Positions 28,493-38,864 are shown, counted from the first letter of the stretch. The stretch: 64,000 bases of DNA from an uncultured bacterium (GCA_965112635.1 OZ218778.1:1760001-1824000); one strand, 5' to 3'. Numbers and translations: made by a program. Notes: generated by a model from the sequence alone, not told the origin.

Positions 28493-30475
28493 ATGAATTT
28501 TAAAGGAAAAAAACTCAAAAAAACCTTTTTATATTTTCTTGTTCTGCTCATTGCTGGGGTTTTTACCTACCAAATAAGCCAAGCCCAAACCAGCCCCGAA
28601 TGGGGCGATCTCGGTATTGGGGTCAGGCCCCTCGGCATGGGCGGTGCCTTTACAGCCATTGCCAATGATAGCAGCGCCGTTTATTACAACCCTGCGGGTC
28701 TCGCCCGTATCCCAGGTACCGAACTATATTTCATGGGCAGCAATTATCACGCCCCAGCTATGCCTTATGTTGGTTTTGGCTCTATTTCTTTCCCGTTCTT
28801 TTTTTGGGGTATCAAGATTGGTGTCTCCTGGTTGAGGCCATATCATGTCAGCCCGGGCCTTTATGACGCCAAAGGGACGATCGTTCTGGACCCCAACTTG
28901 GCGGTCAGTTCCGGCAATCATTTCGAAGAAGACCAGATTATAACAACCTTTGCCACAGCCCTGAATAACGACAAAACATTCTATTTTGGTGTTAATGTGA
29001 AAGCTATGCTTCAGGCTTCCAATGCCCAACTTTTCCCGGCCCTTCCCAACGGATCTTTAACTCCCCTGGGATTTTTTGGTTACGGGATTGATTTGGGGCT
29101 CATCTACCGCATCCCGTTAGTGAGCTACGGGCGGGAGATCAGCTTCGGGTTTTGCGCCCAAAACTTGGCGACCCGTGTGCAGTATAACAATAACAACATC
29201 GAGGTGCCCTGGCCTAGCCAAGTCCATATCGGGGCGTCTTATCAGGGCCAAGATTTTATTTTTGGTACCCGGGTTTTCGTTGCCAGCGACATGGAATTTA
29301 TCGGCGACGCCCAGTATAACTCAGATGTCAATAAAAAATGGCATATGGGTATCGAAGACTGGATGTTCCATGACCGTTTCGCTCTGCGGGGTGGCTATGA
29401 CACTCCGCTCTACACAACCGGCCAGTACAGCCTAGGCACTTCTATCTACCTTTTCGGTGGAGCCGGATCCGGTGGGGCCAGGGCTGATTATGCGTTTCTG
29501 TTCAGCAATCCGGGCCAGGATCTTGGTGAAAGCCAGTGGTATTCGGCCTTTGTCCGTTTTACTTTAGCCAAAGAGGTCGTAAAGATCCCGACCCTTTCGG
29601 TCATTGCCAAACCTAATGAGTTCAATCCGATAGAAAAAGAGATCACGACTTTTCATATGAGCGCTTTTGACGAAACAGGGATCAAAGAATGGCGCCTTTC
29701 TATTGCCGACAGTTCCAACGTGGTCGTCAAAACCTTCGGTGACATAGGCCATCCGCCCAAAGAACTCAAATGGGATGGCAAGGACCGGGAAGGGTATAAC
29801 GTGATGGAGGGTGATTACACTTATTTCCTCGAAGCCACCAATTATGTCGACGGAACAGGTGTGACACCTTTGCAGACTCTCCATATCTTAGCGCCAAGAA
29901 AACGGGTGGATAGGAAAACCGACCTGTCCCAGCTGCAGGCCTTATTGGCTGAGGAGCACGATATCGATGAAAATGCCGAGAGGGTTCAAGTCAGCAAGGC
30001 CAAAGAAGACCTCGACACTCAAGTTAAAATATTGGCTGTGCCGCCTACCCCGACCTATACCCCGACCTATACCAATACCCCGGCTCCGCCAACCCTGGAG
30101 CCTACAGCCGCTCCGTATACGCCCACGCCGATTATGCCTTTCAATAATATGGGGCTGAACGGAATGACCAGTGTTTTTGTGGGCCAAAACCACGCCGGCC
30201 AAAAGGCCATGGTGGTGGATTACCAGAGTGAGCAGACCACGCTTAACCCCTTGCTTAACGAGGCTTCCAGGGTGGTCCAGACAGTGGCCAAGGACCTGGG
30301 TGACACTGTGGCAGGCATCAGTTTAAGGGCCCATTATGGAGCAAATGTTTTGACCGTGGACACCCCCCTGGATATCGCCAGGAGGCTAGCTAACGGCCAG
30401 CTGACCACCCAGCAGTGGCTTAATAGTTCCAATGTAAATGTTAACAGAGAGAGCGTCAAGCCGAGCATTCAATAG
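28493..30475 (+). CDS. PorV/UPF0164-family outer-membrane barrel fused to FlgD-like Ig domain, Pro/Thr linker and unknown C-terminal domain
   Basis: GVRPLGMGGAFTAIANDSSAVYYNPAGLA; later PNEFNP...W.L.I....VVKTF....P..LKWDGKD..G..V.EGDYTY; PTPTYTPTYTNTP linker. Confidence 0.75.
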   Translation: MNFKGKKLKKTFLYFLVLLIAGVFTYQISQAQTSPEWGDLGIGVRPLGMGGAFTAIANDSSAVYYNPAGLARIPGTELYFMGSNYHAPAMPYVGFGSISFPFFFWGIKIGVSWLRPYHVSPGLYDAKGTIVLDPNLAVSSGNHFEEDQIITTFATALNNDKTFYFGVNVKAMLQASNAQLFPALPNGSLTPLGFFGYGIDLGLIYRIPLVSYGREISFGFCAQNLATRVQYNNNNIEVPWPSQVHIGASYQGQDFIFGTRVFVASDMEFIGDAQYNSDVNKKWHMGIEDWMFHDRFALRGGYDTPLYTTGQYSLGTSIYLFGGAGSGGARADYAFLFSNPGQDLGESQWYSAFVRFTLAKEVVKIPTLSVIAKPNEFNPIEKEITTFHMSAFDETGIKEWRLSIADSSNVVVKTFGDIGHPPKELKWDGKDREGYNVMEGDYTYFLEATNYVDGTGVTPLQTLHILAPRKRVDRKTDLSQLQALLAEEHDIDENAERVQVSKAKEDLDTQVKILAVPPTPTYTPTYTNTPAPPTLEPTAAPYTPTPIMPFNNMGLNGMTSVFVGQNHAGQKAMVVDYQSEQTTLNPLLNEASRVVQTVAKDLGDTVAGISLRAHYGANVLTVDTPLDIARRLANGQLTTQQWLNSSNVNVNRESVKPSIQ

Positions 30476-30553
30476 TTTTTGTGCTATAATCACCGACGTA
30501 ATTTGGATATCAACTCAGCGGCAGGAAGATTTGTAATGGAGGAATTGGCCAGC

Positions 30554-32056
30554 ATGAGTAAGAGGTTGGTTTTAGTAATGGTTGGTTTAAGCCTCTTATT
30601 GCCCTTAAAGGGGAATGCTGCTTTTGAAAAAGAGGGAGCTCTAGGAGTTGGCGCCAGATCCCTGGGCATGGGAAATGCTTTTGGAGCTATTGCCAACGAC
30701 CTGTCCGCAGTTTATTACAATCCCGCCGGGTTAGTCCAGATAGGCCGCCCTGAGATCACAGGCATGGGCGGAGTTCGTTTCAATGGAAAATTCTATGATA
30801 CATTTGTTTCAGCCGGTATGCCGGCCGTTTCCGACCTGTTCTTTGCCATATCTTATGACACCGCATTCAATACCCTGTCTAACAACAGCGAAGACACCTA
30901 CATCCTCTCTTTAGCCACGCCTATCAACGACGACCATTCTCTGTCTTTCGGATTGAACGTCAAATATGATTATACGAATTTGAAGGTACAAAACGGCGTG
31001 GGGCAGGGTTTTGGTTTCGATTACGGGTTGATGTATCAGCTCAACCTTTCCCCTTTTATGAACAAAATGAACTTTGCCGCTTCTGTCCAGGATGTGGCCA
31101 CCAAGATTCAATGGGGGAGCAATGACGAGACCACGGTACCCCAGGTCAGTAAACTTGGGTTCGCCTACTGGTTCGACCCAAACATGGTCTTTGATGGGGA
31201 TCTGGATATTTCCAATGATCCGAACATAGCCTCCTCGGATGACAAGTATTACCATATCGGCGTTGAGGCCTGGTTCTTTGACAATCATGTGGGACTAAGG
31301 TCCGGATATACCACCTTCCTTACGATGAGGGGGCAATACGCCGCGGGCATAAGCGGTAAGGGTGGAAACTGGGAGATCGATTACGCTTATTTAGGCCACG
31401 ACCAAAATCTGGGGGACAGCCACCGCGTGTCGGGCACTTTAAGATTTGGCAGCGTGACAGACGCCAGTATGGTTCCTAAGCCGCCCACTGGGGTGTTTGC
31501 CAAGGGCGGTGACGGGGTGATCAATGTGTTTTGGAGCAGCAATTTAGAGACCAACTTGGCCGGATATAATATTTATCTCAGTCAATCGCCCAAGACGGGT
31601 TATTATAAAGTTGGAACGGTAAGAAGTACTTCCTATACCATCAAGGGTCTGCAGCCCAGCATCAAATACTACGTTGTCGTCACCGCATTCACCAATGCCA
31701 CCCAGCCTGTGGAGAGCAACTACAGCGAGGAGGTTGAGGCTACCACCGCGGGGCCCGCGGTAACGCCCGGCGGGGAACCTACAGGTTCTTCGCCCATGAG
31801 CTCGGGTGAAATCCCTATCCCCGTCAAAAAGGTCACGGACCCCAATGTCGTGGGGGTGAACATTTATTACAGCGCTACCAGCGGTGTGGGTTATGTCAAA
31901 TACAATCAGGTCCCTGTATCAGAAGGAGTGGTTGTTATAAAAGGCCTTGTTGAAGGACAGACCTATTTCCTGGTGCAGAAATATTATTACAAGAGCGGCA
32001 AGGAAGGTCCTCCGAGCAAGGAAAAGGCAGTACAAGCTCAAGCGGCTACGCAATAA
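30554..32056 (+). CDS. PorV/UPF0164-family barrel fused to two fibronectin type III domains
   Basis: GVGARSLGMGNAFGAIANDLSAVYYNPAGL; LGDSHRVS; PPTGV...W..N....LAGYNIY....Y.I.GL.P...YY.VVTA...ES.YS FN3 pattern. GGAGG RBS before ATG 30554. Confidence 0.78.
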   Translation: MSKRLVLVMVGLSLLLPLKGNAAFEKEGALGVGARSLGMGNAFGAIANDLSAVYYNPAGLVQIGRPEITGMGGVRFNGKFYDTFVSAGMPAVSDLFFAISYDTAFNTLSNNSEDTYILSLATPINDDHSLSFGLNVKYDYTNLKVQNGVGQGFGFDYGLMYQLNLSPFMNKMNFAASVQDVATKIQWGSNDETTVPQVSKLGFAYWFDPNMVFDGDLDISNDPNIASSDDKYYHIGVEAWFFDNHVGLRSGYTTFLTMRGQYAAGISGKGGNWEIDYAYLGHDQNLGDSHRVSGTLRFGSVTDASMVPKPPTGVFAKGGDGVINVFWSSNLETNLAGYNIYLSQSPKTGYYKVGTVRSTSYTIKGLQPSIKYYVVVTAFTNATQPVESNYSEEVEATTAGPAVTPGGEPTGSSPMSSGEIPIPVKKVTDPNVVGVNIYYSATSGVGYVKYNQVPVSEGVVVIKGLVEGQTYFLVQKYYYKSGKEGPPSKEKAVQAQAATQ

Positions 32057-32202
32057 ATATACGACAGGGTTGCCGATACAATCAGTCTTTGAATTTGGTT
32101 TTCTGCACACCTAAAGATGTGAGAGAATAAGTTAAGCCTATGGGCGGGATACTTCCAGAAATGGATTGTCCCGCCTTGCTGTTTCTACGGGGTGATTTTT
32201 TT

Positions 32203-33309
32203 ATGGAGAGTTTTATGATGATGGACAGGACTTATATGACGCTGGCTCTGGACCTGGCCAAAAAAGGTCTGGGCCGGGTCAGCCCCAATCCCATGGTGGG
32301 GGCTGTGGTCGTTAAAGACGGTTGCATCGTAGGCCAGGGTTTCCATCCCAAGGCCGGCATGCCTCACGCGGAGATCTACGCTCTCAAACAAGCCGGGAAT
32401 AAGGCCAAAGGCGGCACCCTCTATGTGTCTTTGGAGCCCTGTAACCATGTGGGCAGAACGCCTCCTTGTACCCGGGCCATTCTTAAGAGCGGGGTAAAGA
32501 AAGTGGTCGCTGCGATGGTGGACCCCAACCCGCTGGTTTCCGGAGCGGGCATCCGCAGGTTGAGAAAACACGGCCTCGAGGTCAAGGTGGGACTTTTAGA
32601 AAAAGAAGCGAAAAGATTGAATGAAATTTTTATCCATTTCATCACGACCGGAGAACCTTTTGGCATTTTGAAGGTCGCCATGAGCCTGGACGGAAAGATA
32701 GCCACGCGGTTTAAAGAGTCCCAATGGATCTCTGGCAGGGAGTCGCGCGTTAAAACCCATGAGTTAAGAGGTCTTGTTGATGCTATTATAGTGGGGGTGC
32801 AAACGGTCGTGCATGATGATCCCCTTTTGATCCCCAGGTTGGCACCGAACCTGTCCAATCCCTGGAGGGTTATCGTGGACAGCGATGGCAGGACACCCCC
32901 GAATTCCAAGATTTTAGAGCCGACCCGAGGTAAAAAAACCATCGTTGCGGTTAGCGAGAATGCGCGGGCTGATAATTTGAAGAAGCTCCAAAGAGCAGGT
33001 GCTGAAATCCTTCGGGTGCCCGCTTTAAATTACAGAGTCAGCCTGAAAGCCCTTATGTCCTTGCTGGGCAGTCGCGGCATCACCAGCGCTCTTTTTGAGG
33101 GAGGAAGCGAAATTTATGCTTCTGCTTTGGAGGGGAAAATCATCCAGAAGGTGGTTTGTTTCGTTGCTCCAGGATTGATAGGAGGCAAGGAGGCGCCTTC
33201 AGCCATCGGGGGGCAGGGGGTCGAACGCTTGAACCAAATGGTGAGGTTAAAATCGATGGAGGCTGTTCCGGTCGGAAAAGATCTTATGATCTCGGGTTAT
33301 ATAGAATAA
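32203..33309 (+). CDS. ribD: Riboflavin biosynthesis deaminase/reductase RibD
   Basis: PNPMVGAV, HAE, LEPCNH.GRTPPC, SLDGKIA, EGG. Confidence 0.95.
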   Translation: MESFMMMDRTYMTLALDLAKKGLGRVSPNPMVGAVVVKDGCIVGQGFHPKAGMPHAEIYALKQAGNKAKGGTLYVSLEPCNHVGRTPPCTRAILKSGVKKVVAAMVDPNPLVSGAGIRRLRKHGLEVKVGLLEKEAKRLNEIFIHFITTGEPFGILKVAMSLDGKIATRFKESQWISGRESRVKTHELRGLVDAIIVGVQTVVHDDPLLIPRLAPNLSNPWRVIVDSDGRTPPNSKILEPTRGKKTIVAVSENARADNLKKLQRAGAEILRVPALNYRVSLKALMSLLGSRGITSALFEGGSEIYASALEGKIIQKVVCFVAPGLIGGKEAPSAIGGQGVERLNQMVRLKSMEAVPVGKDLMISGYIE

Positions 33310-33318
33310 GGAGCCAAG

Positions 33319-33972
33319 ATGTTTACGGGAATCGTCGTCGAAGCAGGCGAGGTGCTTGAATATTCCAAGGGAAGAAGTATCCATAGGCTCAAAATAAAGG
33401 CCCGAGAGGTCCTGAAAAAAGCCAAGGTGGGTGATAGCGTGTCCATTAACGGCGTCTGTTTAACTATGGTCCGGACCGGCAAAGGATATTTTTATGTTGA
33501 GATGATGCCGGAGACGGTCAAAAGGTCCAATCTGGGAAATTTAAAAGTTAACGACAAGGTAAACCTTGAACCGGCTTTGCGCTCAGGGGACCCCCTGGGC
33601 GGTCATTTGGTGAGCGGGCACGTAGAAGAAATAGGCCGGCTGGGCAGGATCGTGCCTGAGGGCGATTCGATTCGGATGTTCATCGAGACCTCGGCATGGT
33701 TTTTGGGTTACGTGATCGCCAAAGGTTCGGTAGCTGTGGAAGGGATCAGTTTGACCGTTGTGTCCAAGGAAAGGAACGGTTTTTGGATCGCCTTGATCCC
33801 GCATACTTTAGCGGTGACCAACCTCTCCATCCTCAAGACAGGCGCTCTGGTCAATTTGGAAGCCGACCTGATCGGTAAATATGTCATCGAAGGCCTGAAG
33901 AGCTATATGGAAAAAGACAAGAAGCCGTCGAAAATAACAAAAGAGTATTTAAAATCAAAAGGTTTTTGCTAG
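33319..33972 (+). CDS. ribE: Riboflavin synthase (alpha subunit)
   Basis: MFTGIV, GDSVSINGVCLT, GGHLVSGHV, VNLEAD.IGKY. Confidence 0.95.
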   Translation: MFTGIVVEAGEVLEYSKGRSIHRLKIKAREVLKKAKVGDSVSINGVCLTMVRTGKGYFYVEMMPETVKRSNLGNLKVNDKVNLEPALRSGDPLGGHLVSGHVEEIGRLGRIVPEGDSIRMFIETSAWFLGYVIAKGSVAVEGISLTVVSKERNGFWIALIPHTLAVTNLSILKTGALVNLEADLIGKYVIEGLKSYMEKDKKPSKITKEYLKSKGFC

Positions 33973-33983
33973 AAAGCTGGGCG

Positions 33984-34445
33984 ATGGAAATCAGGGAAGT
34001 CAGATCAAAAGTAGATGCCGTCTTTACCAAACCGAAAAAGGATAAAAGTACGGTTATTGGAGCTTCTTCCGAAGGCAAGCAGTCTTTTGTGGAAGTCGTA
34101 GACGACAGGGACAAGGAATACAGAAAAAGGGAGTTCGAGGAACTGATCATAGATATAGACAAAAGCAGCAAAAGATTCCTGGCCCGTCCAGGCACCGAGG
34201 AATTCAATGAATACAAGCGCCTGGTCAAAGCTTTTTTGGAGAAAGTCGTATCAAAGGGCTTTGAGGTCATAAGAAGCGGCATGGAGGAAAAGTCCAAGAA
34301 AAAGGGGATTTATGCCGTGATCATTCAAATAGACCAGAAAATCGTAGAGCTGGGTGAGCAGGTGGTCAAATTTCAGAAGCCAGTCCTGAAATTAGCTGCC
34401 AAGGTCAACGAGATCCGGGGACTTTTGGCCGACATTTATCGATGA
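33984..34445 (+). CDS. YaaR/DUF327 family protein
   Basis: L...ID.....L...P.......YK.LVK.FL..VV, I..ID.K..EL...V, L...V.EIRGLL.D. Confidence 0.75.
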   Translation: MEIREVRSKVDAVFTKPKKDKSTVIGASSEGKQSFVEVVDDRDKEYRKREFEELIIDIDKSSKRFLARPGTEEFNEYKRLVKAFLEKVVSKGFEVIRSGMEEKSKKKGIYAVIIQIDQKIVELGEQVVKFQKPVLKLAAKVNEIRGLLADIYR

Positions 34446-34458
34446 TTTATCAGGGGGA

Positions 34459-35685
34459 GTGAACGAAAAAATGCCCAAAAAAGTCTTTTGTGATGTCCAG
34501 GAGGCTATCAGGGAGATTGGCGTTGGCAGCATGATCATCGTGACCGACGACCATCGGAGAGAGAACGAAGGCGACCTGATCATGGCCGCGGAAAAGGTCA
34601 CTCCCCAGAGCATCAATTATATGGCAAAACACGGCCGGGGGTTGATTTGTGTCGCGGTCAAGGGTGAGAGGCTCGATGATTTGCAAATCCAGCCCATGGT
34701 CTCCCAGCCCACAGCCCGTATGAAGACCGCGTTCACGGTTTCTATTGACGCCAAGCAGGGAACCACTACGGGTATCTCTGCCCATGACAGGGCCTTGACG
34801 ATTAAAAAGATCATTGACCACCGGGCCAAGCCCGAGGATTTTCTAAAACCCGGGCACATCTTTCCTTTAAGGGCCATGGAAGGCGGGGTGTTACGGAGGG
34901 CCGGCCATACCGAAGCCTCCGTGGACCTGGCACAGCTGGCAAATCTTTATCCCGCGGGGGTCCTTTGCGAGATCATGAACGCAGACGGCAGTATGGCCCG
35001 ACTGAAGCAACTGGTACCCTTTGCCAAGAAGCATGGTTTAAAAATATTGACCGTGGCTGACCTTATCAAATACAGGAGGTCCTGCGAGAGACAAGTCCAT
35101 GCCATGGCCGCAACCATGCTTCCTACCAAAAACGGGGATTTCAAGATCGTACTTTATGGCAACACCCTGGACAGCATCCAGCACGTTGCCTTGGTGAAAG
35201 GCGATGTGAAAGGCAAAAAGAACGTCCTGGTCCGCGTACACTCTGAGTGTTTGACCGGCGACCTCTTTGGCTCCCAGAGATGTGAGTGCGGCCAGCAGTT
35301 GGAACTTTCCCTGAAGCTTATCGCCAAGGAGAGGCAGGGAGTGCTGCTTTATTTGCGGCAGGAGGGGCGCGGCATAGGCCTGCTCAACAAGATCAAAGCG
35401 TACGAGTTGCAAGACAGAGGGCTGGATACCGTGGAAGCCAACGAAAAACTTGGTTACAGGGCTGACCTGCGGGATTATGGGATAGGCGCCCAAATACTTT
35501 CGGACCTGGGTTTGACCAGCATAAGGCTTCTGACGAATAATCCCCGGAAGATCATTGGTTTGGCAGGTTATGGGCTCAAGATCGTCAGGCGTGTTCCTAT
35601 AGAGATTAAGCCAAACCGTTTGAACAAGAAATATCTCTTGACCAAGAAAATTAAACTAGGACATTTGTTGAACCAGGTTGGATGA
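34459..35685 (+). CDS. ribBA: Bifunctional DHBP synthase / GTP cyclohydrolase II
   Basis: [32 protein letters not shown]. Confidence 0.96.
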   Translation: MNEKMPKKVFCDVQEAIREIGVGSMIIVTDDHRRENEGDLIMAAEKVTPQSINYMAKHGRGLICVAVKGERLDDLQIQPMVSQPTARMKTAFTVSIDAKQGTTTGISAHDRALTIKKIIDHRAKPEDFLKPGHIFPLRAMEGGVLRRAGHTEASVDLAQLANLYPAGVLCEIMNADGSMARLKQLVPFAKKHGLKILTVADLIKYRRSCERQVHAMAATMLPTKNGDFKIVLYGNTLDSIQHVALVKGDVKGKKNVLVRVHSECLTGDLFGSQRCECGQQLELSLKLIAKERQGVLLYLRQEGRGIGLLNKIKAYELQDRGLDTVEANEKLGYRADLRDYGIGAQILSDLGLTSIRLLTNNPRKIIGLAGYGLKIVRRVPIEIKPNRLNKKYLLTKKIKLGHLLNQVG

Positions 35686-35722
35686 TTGTGCAAAGGAAAA
35701 AAAGTTAAGCAAAGGAGTCCTT

Positions 35723-36190
35723 ATGAAAACCATAGAAGGGAATTTTGTAGGGAAGGGAAGGAAATTCGCCATTGTAGTGGCCAGATTCAATGAATTCCTG
35801 ACCAAACAGCTCTTGGAGGGGGCTTTGGAGGGTTTGAGGAGGCACGAAGTGGCTGAAAAAAACATCACGGTGGCCTGGGTGCCGGGTAGTTTTGAAATTC
35901 CGGTCACCGCTTTGTCTCTGGCGAAGACCAGGCAATACGATGCTATTATTTGCCTGGGCGCGGTCATTAGGGGAGAGACGCCGCATTTTGAGCATGTATC
36001 CAGAGAGGCAGCCAGCGGCATCAACCAGGTGGGTTTGATGACCGGATTGCCAGTCATTTTTGGAGTGCTTACTACGGATAATCTCGAGCAGGCCGTAGAT
36101 AGAGCTGGCGTAAAAGCCGGCAACAAAGGTTTTGAGGCTGCCCTGACAGCTTTGGCTATGGCAGACGTGATAAAGCAAATAAAAACCTAG
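35723..36190 (+). CDS. ribH: 6,7-dimethyl-8-ribityllumazine synthase
   Basis: ARFN, VPGSFEIP, LGAVIRGETPHF, FGVLT, GNKG. AAGGAG RBS before ATG 35723. Confidence 0.96.
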   Translation: MKTIEGNFVGKGRKFAIVVARFNEFLTKQLLEGALEGLRRHEVAEKNITVAWVPGSFEIPVTALSLAKTRQYDAIICLGAVIRGETPHFEHVSREAASGINQVGLMTGLPVIFGVLTTDNLEQAVDRAGVKAGNKGFEAALTALAMADVIKQIKT

Positions 36191-36194
36191 ATGG

Positions 36195-36644
36195 ATGGTT
36201 AGAGCGATGACCAAGGCAAAAAAAACAATAGAATCCAGAAGAAGAAGCCGAGAAATTGCTTTGCAGATGCTTTTCCAGGCTGAAGTAGGGAAGTGCTCCT
36301 TAGAGGAAATGGCGGATGGTTTCTTAGAGCAGCAGTCTCTTGGAGAGAAAAGCAGGTCGTTTTCACTGGAGTTGACCAAAGGGACTCTTGATCATCTTGA
36401 AGAAATCGACAGTTTGCTCGCAGAGGCCATCAAAAATTGGAATCTGCTTAATGTGGCAGCGGTTGACCGAAATATCATGAGATTAGCCTGTTATGAGTTT
36501 TTGTATTGCGATGACATCCCCGCAAAAGTATCCCTAAACGAAGCCATCGAATTGGCCAAGAAATTCAGCTCTCCCCAATCCAGCGGATTTGTTAATGGAA
36601 TCTTAGATAAGATACAGGCCAAAGTCCCTAAAAAGGCCGTGTGA
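36195..36644 (+). CDS. nusB: Transcription antitermination factor NusB
   Basis: RRRSREIALQMLFQ, VDRNIMRLA, NEAIELAKKF, FVNGILD. Confidence 0.95.
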   Translation: MVRAMTKAKKTIESRRRSREIALQMLFQAEVGKCSLEEMADGFLEQQSLGEKSRSFSLELTKGTLDHLEEIDSLLAEAIKNWNLLNVAAVDRNIMRLACYEFLYCDDIPAKVSLNEAIELAKKFSSPQSSGFVNGILDKIQAKVPKKAV

Positions 36645-36683
36645 TCTATTTATTGCCACAAATGCTGGTCACGGCTAAGTTTA

Positions 36684-36712
36684 TTGACATATTCCTTTTA
36701 AAATGATAGGAT
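36684..36712 (+). promoter_or_regulatory. Sigma70 promoter of infC-rpmI-rplT
   Basis: TTGACA-17 nt-TAGGAT with TG upstream of the -10. Confidence 0.65.
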
Positions 36713-36771
36713 TTTCCTACTTTTTTCAAGATTTTTGGGAAAGCAAAACAATTTAACGAAGGGAGACCCAT

Positions 36772-37338
36772 ATTTTTAAGGAATTAAGGGCCAATAAGCA
36801 GATCCATGCGCCAAAAGTTTTGGTCATCGACGAAGAAGGTGAAAAGTTGGGGATTATGACCGTTGACGAAGGGATCACGGCAGCAATTGCTAGTGGTCTA
36901 GACCTGGTAGAAGTTGGGCAGGATAAAGATATCCCCACTTGCCGTATCATGAATTATGGGAAGTTCAGATACGAAAGACATAAAAAAGACAAGGACGCCA
37001 AGAAAAAGCAGAAAATTGTTTTGATCAAAGAGATCAAATTAAGGCCGAAGATTGACAAACACGACTATGAAACTAAGATGCGCCATATCAGGGAATTCAT
37101 CGAATTTGGCCATAAAGTCAGATTGACGATCATGTTTAGAGGAAGGGAAATGGATCATGTTGAGATCGGCGCCAATCTTTTAGAGAGGGCCATCCAGGAT
37201 CTCAACGGGATCGCGGTATTGGAAAGTAGGTCCTCGATGCAAGATAATAATTTAGCGGTATTACTAGCTCCAAAATTGGTCAAAGAGGAAAAAAATGCCA
37301 AAGTTAAAGACCAGCAAGTCAGCAGCGAAAAGGTTTAG
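36772..37338 (+). CDS. infC: Translation initiation factor IF-3 (ATT start)
   Basis: In-frame ATT 6 nt after GGGAG adds FKELRANKQIHAPKV to the track ORF; LDLVEV, CRIMNYGKFRY, KEIKLRPKI..HDY, MFRGRE. Confidence 0.93.
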   Translation: MFKELRANKQIHAPKVLVIDEEGEKLGIMTVDEGITAAIASGLDLVEVGQDKDIPTCRIMNYGKFRYERHKKDKDAKKKQKIVLIKEIKLRPKIDKHDYETKMRHIREFIEFGHKVRLTIMFRGREMDHVEIGANLLERAIQDLNGIAVLESRSSMQDNNLAVLLAPKLVKEEKNAKVKDQQVSSEKV

Positions 37339-37495
37339 CTTTACCGGCTCAGGCAAAATCAAACACAAGAACGCATTTGCGCGTCATAAATTGGAGGCAA
37401 AGAATATCGCGAGACGGAGGAGGCTGAGAAAGCTGGGATTTGTGCATGAGACCAACGCAAGGGCCATTGCAAGGTTGTTGCCTTACAAAAATTAA
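37295..37495 (+). CDS. rpmI: 50S ribosomal protein L35
   Basis: MPKLKTSKSAAKRF..TGSGKIK; position after infC. Confidence 0.95.
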   Translation: MPKLKTSKSAAKRFSFTGSGKIKHKNAFARHKLEAKNIARRRRLRKLGFVHETNARAIARLLPYKN

Positions 37496-37528
37496 TTTTT
37501 TTAAAATCTCGTATATCTAGGAGGATAG

Positions 37529-37891
37529 GTGGCAAGGGTAAAAGGCGGAATGACCGCTAGAAAACACAAGAGAAAAGTCTTCAAGCTGGCCAAGGGGAAC
37601 TGGGGTGGACGCAAGAACAGGAACCGGATGGCCCAAGAGACAGTACAAAAAGGCCTGGCCTATGCCCATAGGGATCGGCGCCAAAGGAAAAGGGAATTCA
37701 GGAAAATGTGGATCGCGCGGCTTAATGCTGCTGCCAGAATTCACGGTTTGTCCTACAGCCGTTTGATTGACGGCCTGACCAAAGCCAAAGTGGCCATTAA
37801 CAGAAAAATGTTGGCCGAGTTGGCGATTCACGACAGCCAGGTTTTCGGCCAGGTCGTTGATGTGGCCAAGAAACAGCTGAGCAAAGCCTAA
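37529..37891 (+). CDS. rplT: 50S ribosomal protein L20
   Basis: MARVKGG, RDRRQRKREFRKMWIARLNAAAR, NRKMLAELA. Confidence 0.97.
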   Translation: MARVKGGMTARKHKRKVFKLAKGNWGGRKNRNRMAQETVQKGLAYAHRDRRQRKREFRKMWIARLNAAARIHGLSYSRLIDGLTKAKVAINRKMLAELAIHDSQVFGQVVDVAKKQLSKA

Positions 37892-37932
37892 ATTGACCTA
37901 GAGTAAAGATCGCAGGGTTACTACTGAAAGAA

Positions 37933-38781
37933 ATGACAAGAAAAGTGAGTGGCGGAAAAATAACACCCATAACCTCCTTCCACAATTCCCGCATCAAATT
38001 TATCAGGTCCCTTCATGAGACTTCGGTGAGGAAAGGCTCAAAAAAATATTTCGTCGAGGGTTTGAAGCTTTGCCAAGATGCCATTCTATCGGAAGCGGCC
38101 ATCGATTTTTGTCTGGTCAATTCCTCCTTTGAGACGACCGCTGAAGGCAAAGACTTTTTATCCCAAGTTGCCAGGAAAAAGATTGAGGTAGCCCAAGTTA
38201 CGGACGATTTATACAAAAAAATCAGCGACCTTGAAAACCCCCAAGGCGTCTTGTGTGTGGCTAACCAACCGGAAGCCTCCTTGGAGACTTTGGCTGGCCA
38301 CAAAGGACCGTTGCGCTTTATTTTTGCCGAAAAGGTCCAGGACCCAGGCAATATAGGTGCTATTTTGAGGACCATCGAAGCCTTGGGCGCGAGCGGCCTG
38401 GTAATTTCCGGTGGCGGGGTGGATGTCTTTCACCCTAAAGTGGTAAGGAGCTCCATGGGGGCCATTTTTAGATGTCCTATTTTTGAGGCAGAAAATCTCA
38501 GAGATTGGCTGGATCAATCTAAAAAATTTAGAGTTAAGATGCAAGTAGTTGCAGCGGATAGTAGTGCTAAAAAAGAGTTATTTCAGATTAACTTCAGCAT
38601 TTGCAGTACTATTGTCATCGGGTCTGAAGGGCAGGGATTGTCTAGAGAATCACTTTCACTTTCTGATGAAATCATAAGGATACCGATGGCAGGTAAAGCA
38701 GAGTCTTTAAATGTCGCTGTGGCCACCGGGATCCTGTTATTTTGTGCCTGCACTAATGTAATGAGACCTAAAAAATATTAA
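37933..38781 (+). CDS. TrmH/SpoU family RNA 2'-O-methyltransferase
   Basis: QDPGNIGAILRT, KVVRSSMG, GSEGQGL, IPM.GKAESLNVAVA. Confidence 0.92.
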   Translation: MTRKVSGGKITPITSFHNSRIKFIRSLHETSVRKGSKKYFVEGLKLCQDAILSEAAIDFCLVNSSFETTAEGKDFLSQVARKKIEVAQVTDDLYKKISDLENPQGVLCVANQPEASLETLAGHKGPLRFIFAEKVQDPGNIGAILRTIEALGASGLVISGGGVDVFHPKVVRSSMGAIFRCPIFEAENLRDWLDQSKKFRVKMQVVAADSSAKKELFQINFSICSTIVIGSEGQGLSRESLSLSDEIIRIPMAGKAESLNVAVATGILLFCACTNVMRPKKY

Positions 38782-38835
38782 AAACCTTCTTTTCACCTTA
38801 TTTTTTCAGCACTTTTTGACCTTTTGCTGCTCACA

Positions 38836-38864
38836 TTGACAGGTCCCAATAGCGGTGCTATAGT
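38836..38864 (+). promoter_or_regulatory. Sigma70 promoter of the small YqzL-like gene
   Basis: TTGACA-17 nt-TATAGT with extended TG. Confidence 0.65.

Noticed and set aside
32057-32202. FMN riboswitch upstream of ribD
   Set aside because: The conserved RFN motifs (AGGGCGGGGTGAAATTCCC..ACCGGCGGT) are absent; only one imperfect hairpin (GGCGGGA../..TCCCGCC) is present.
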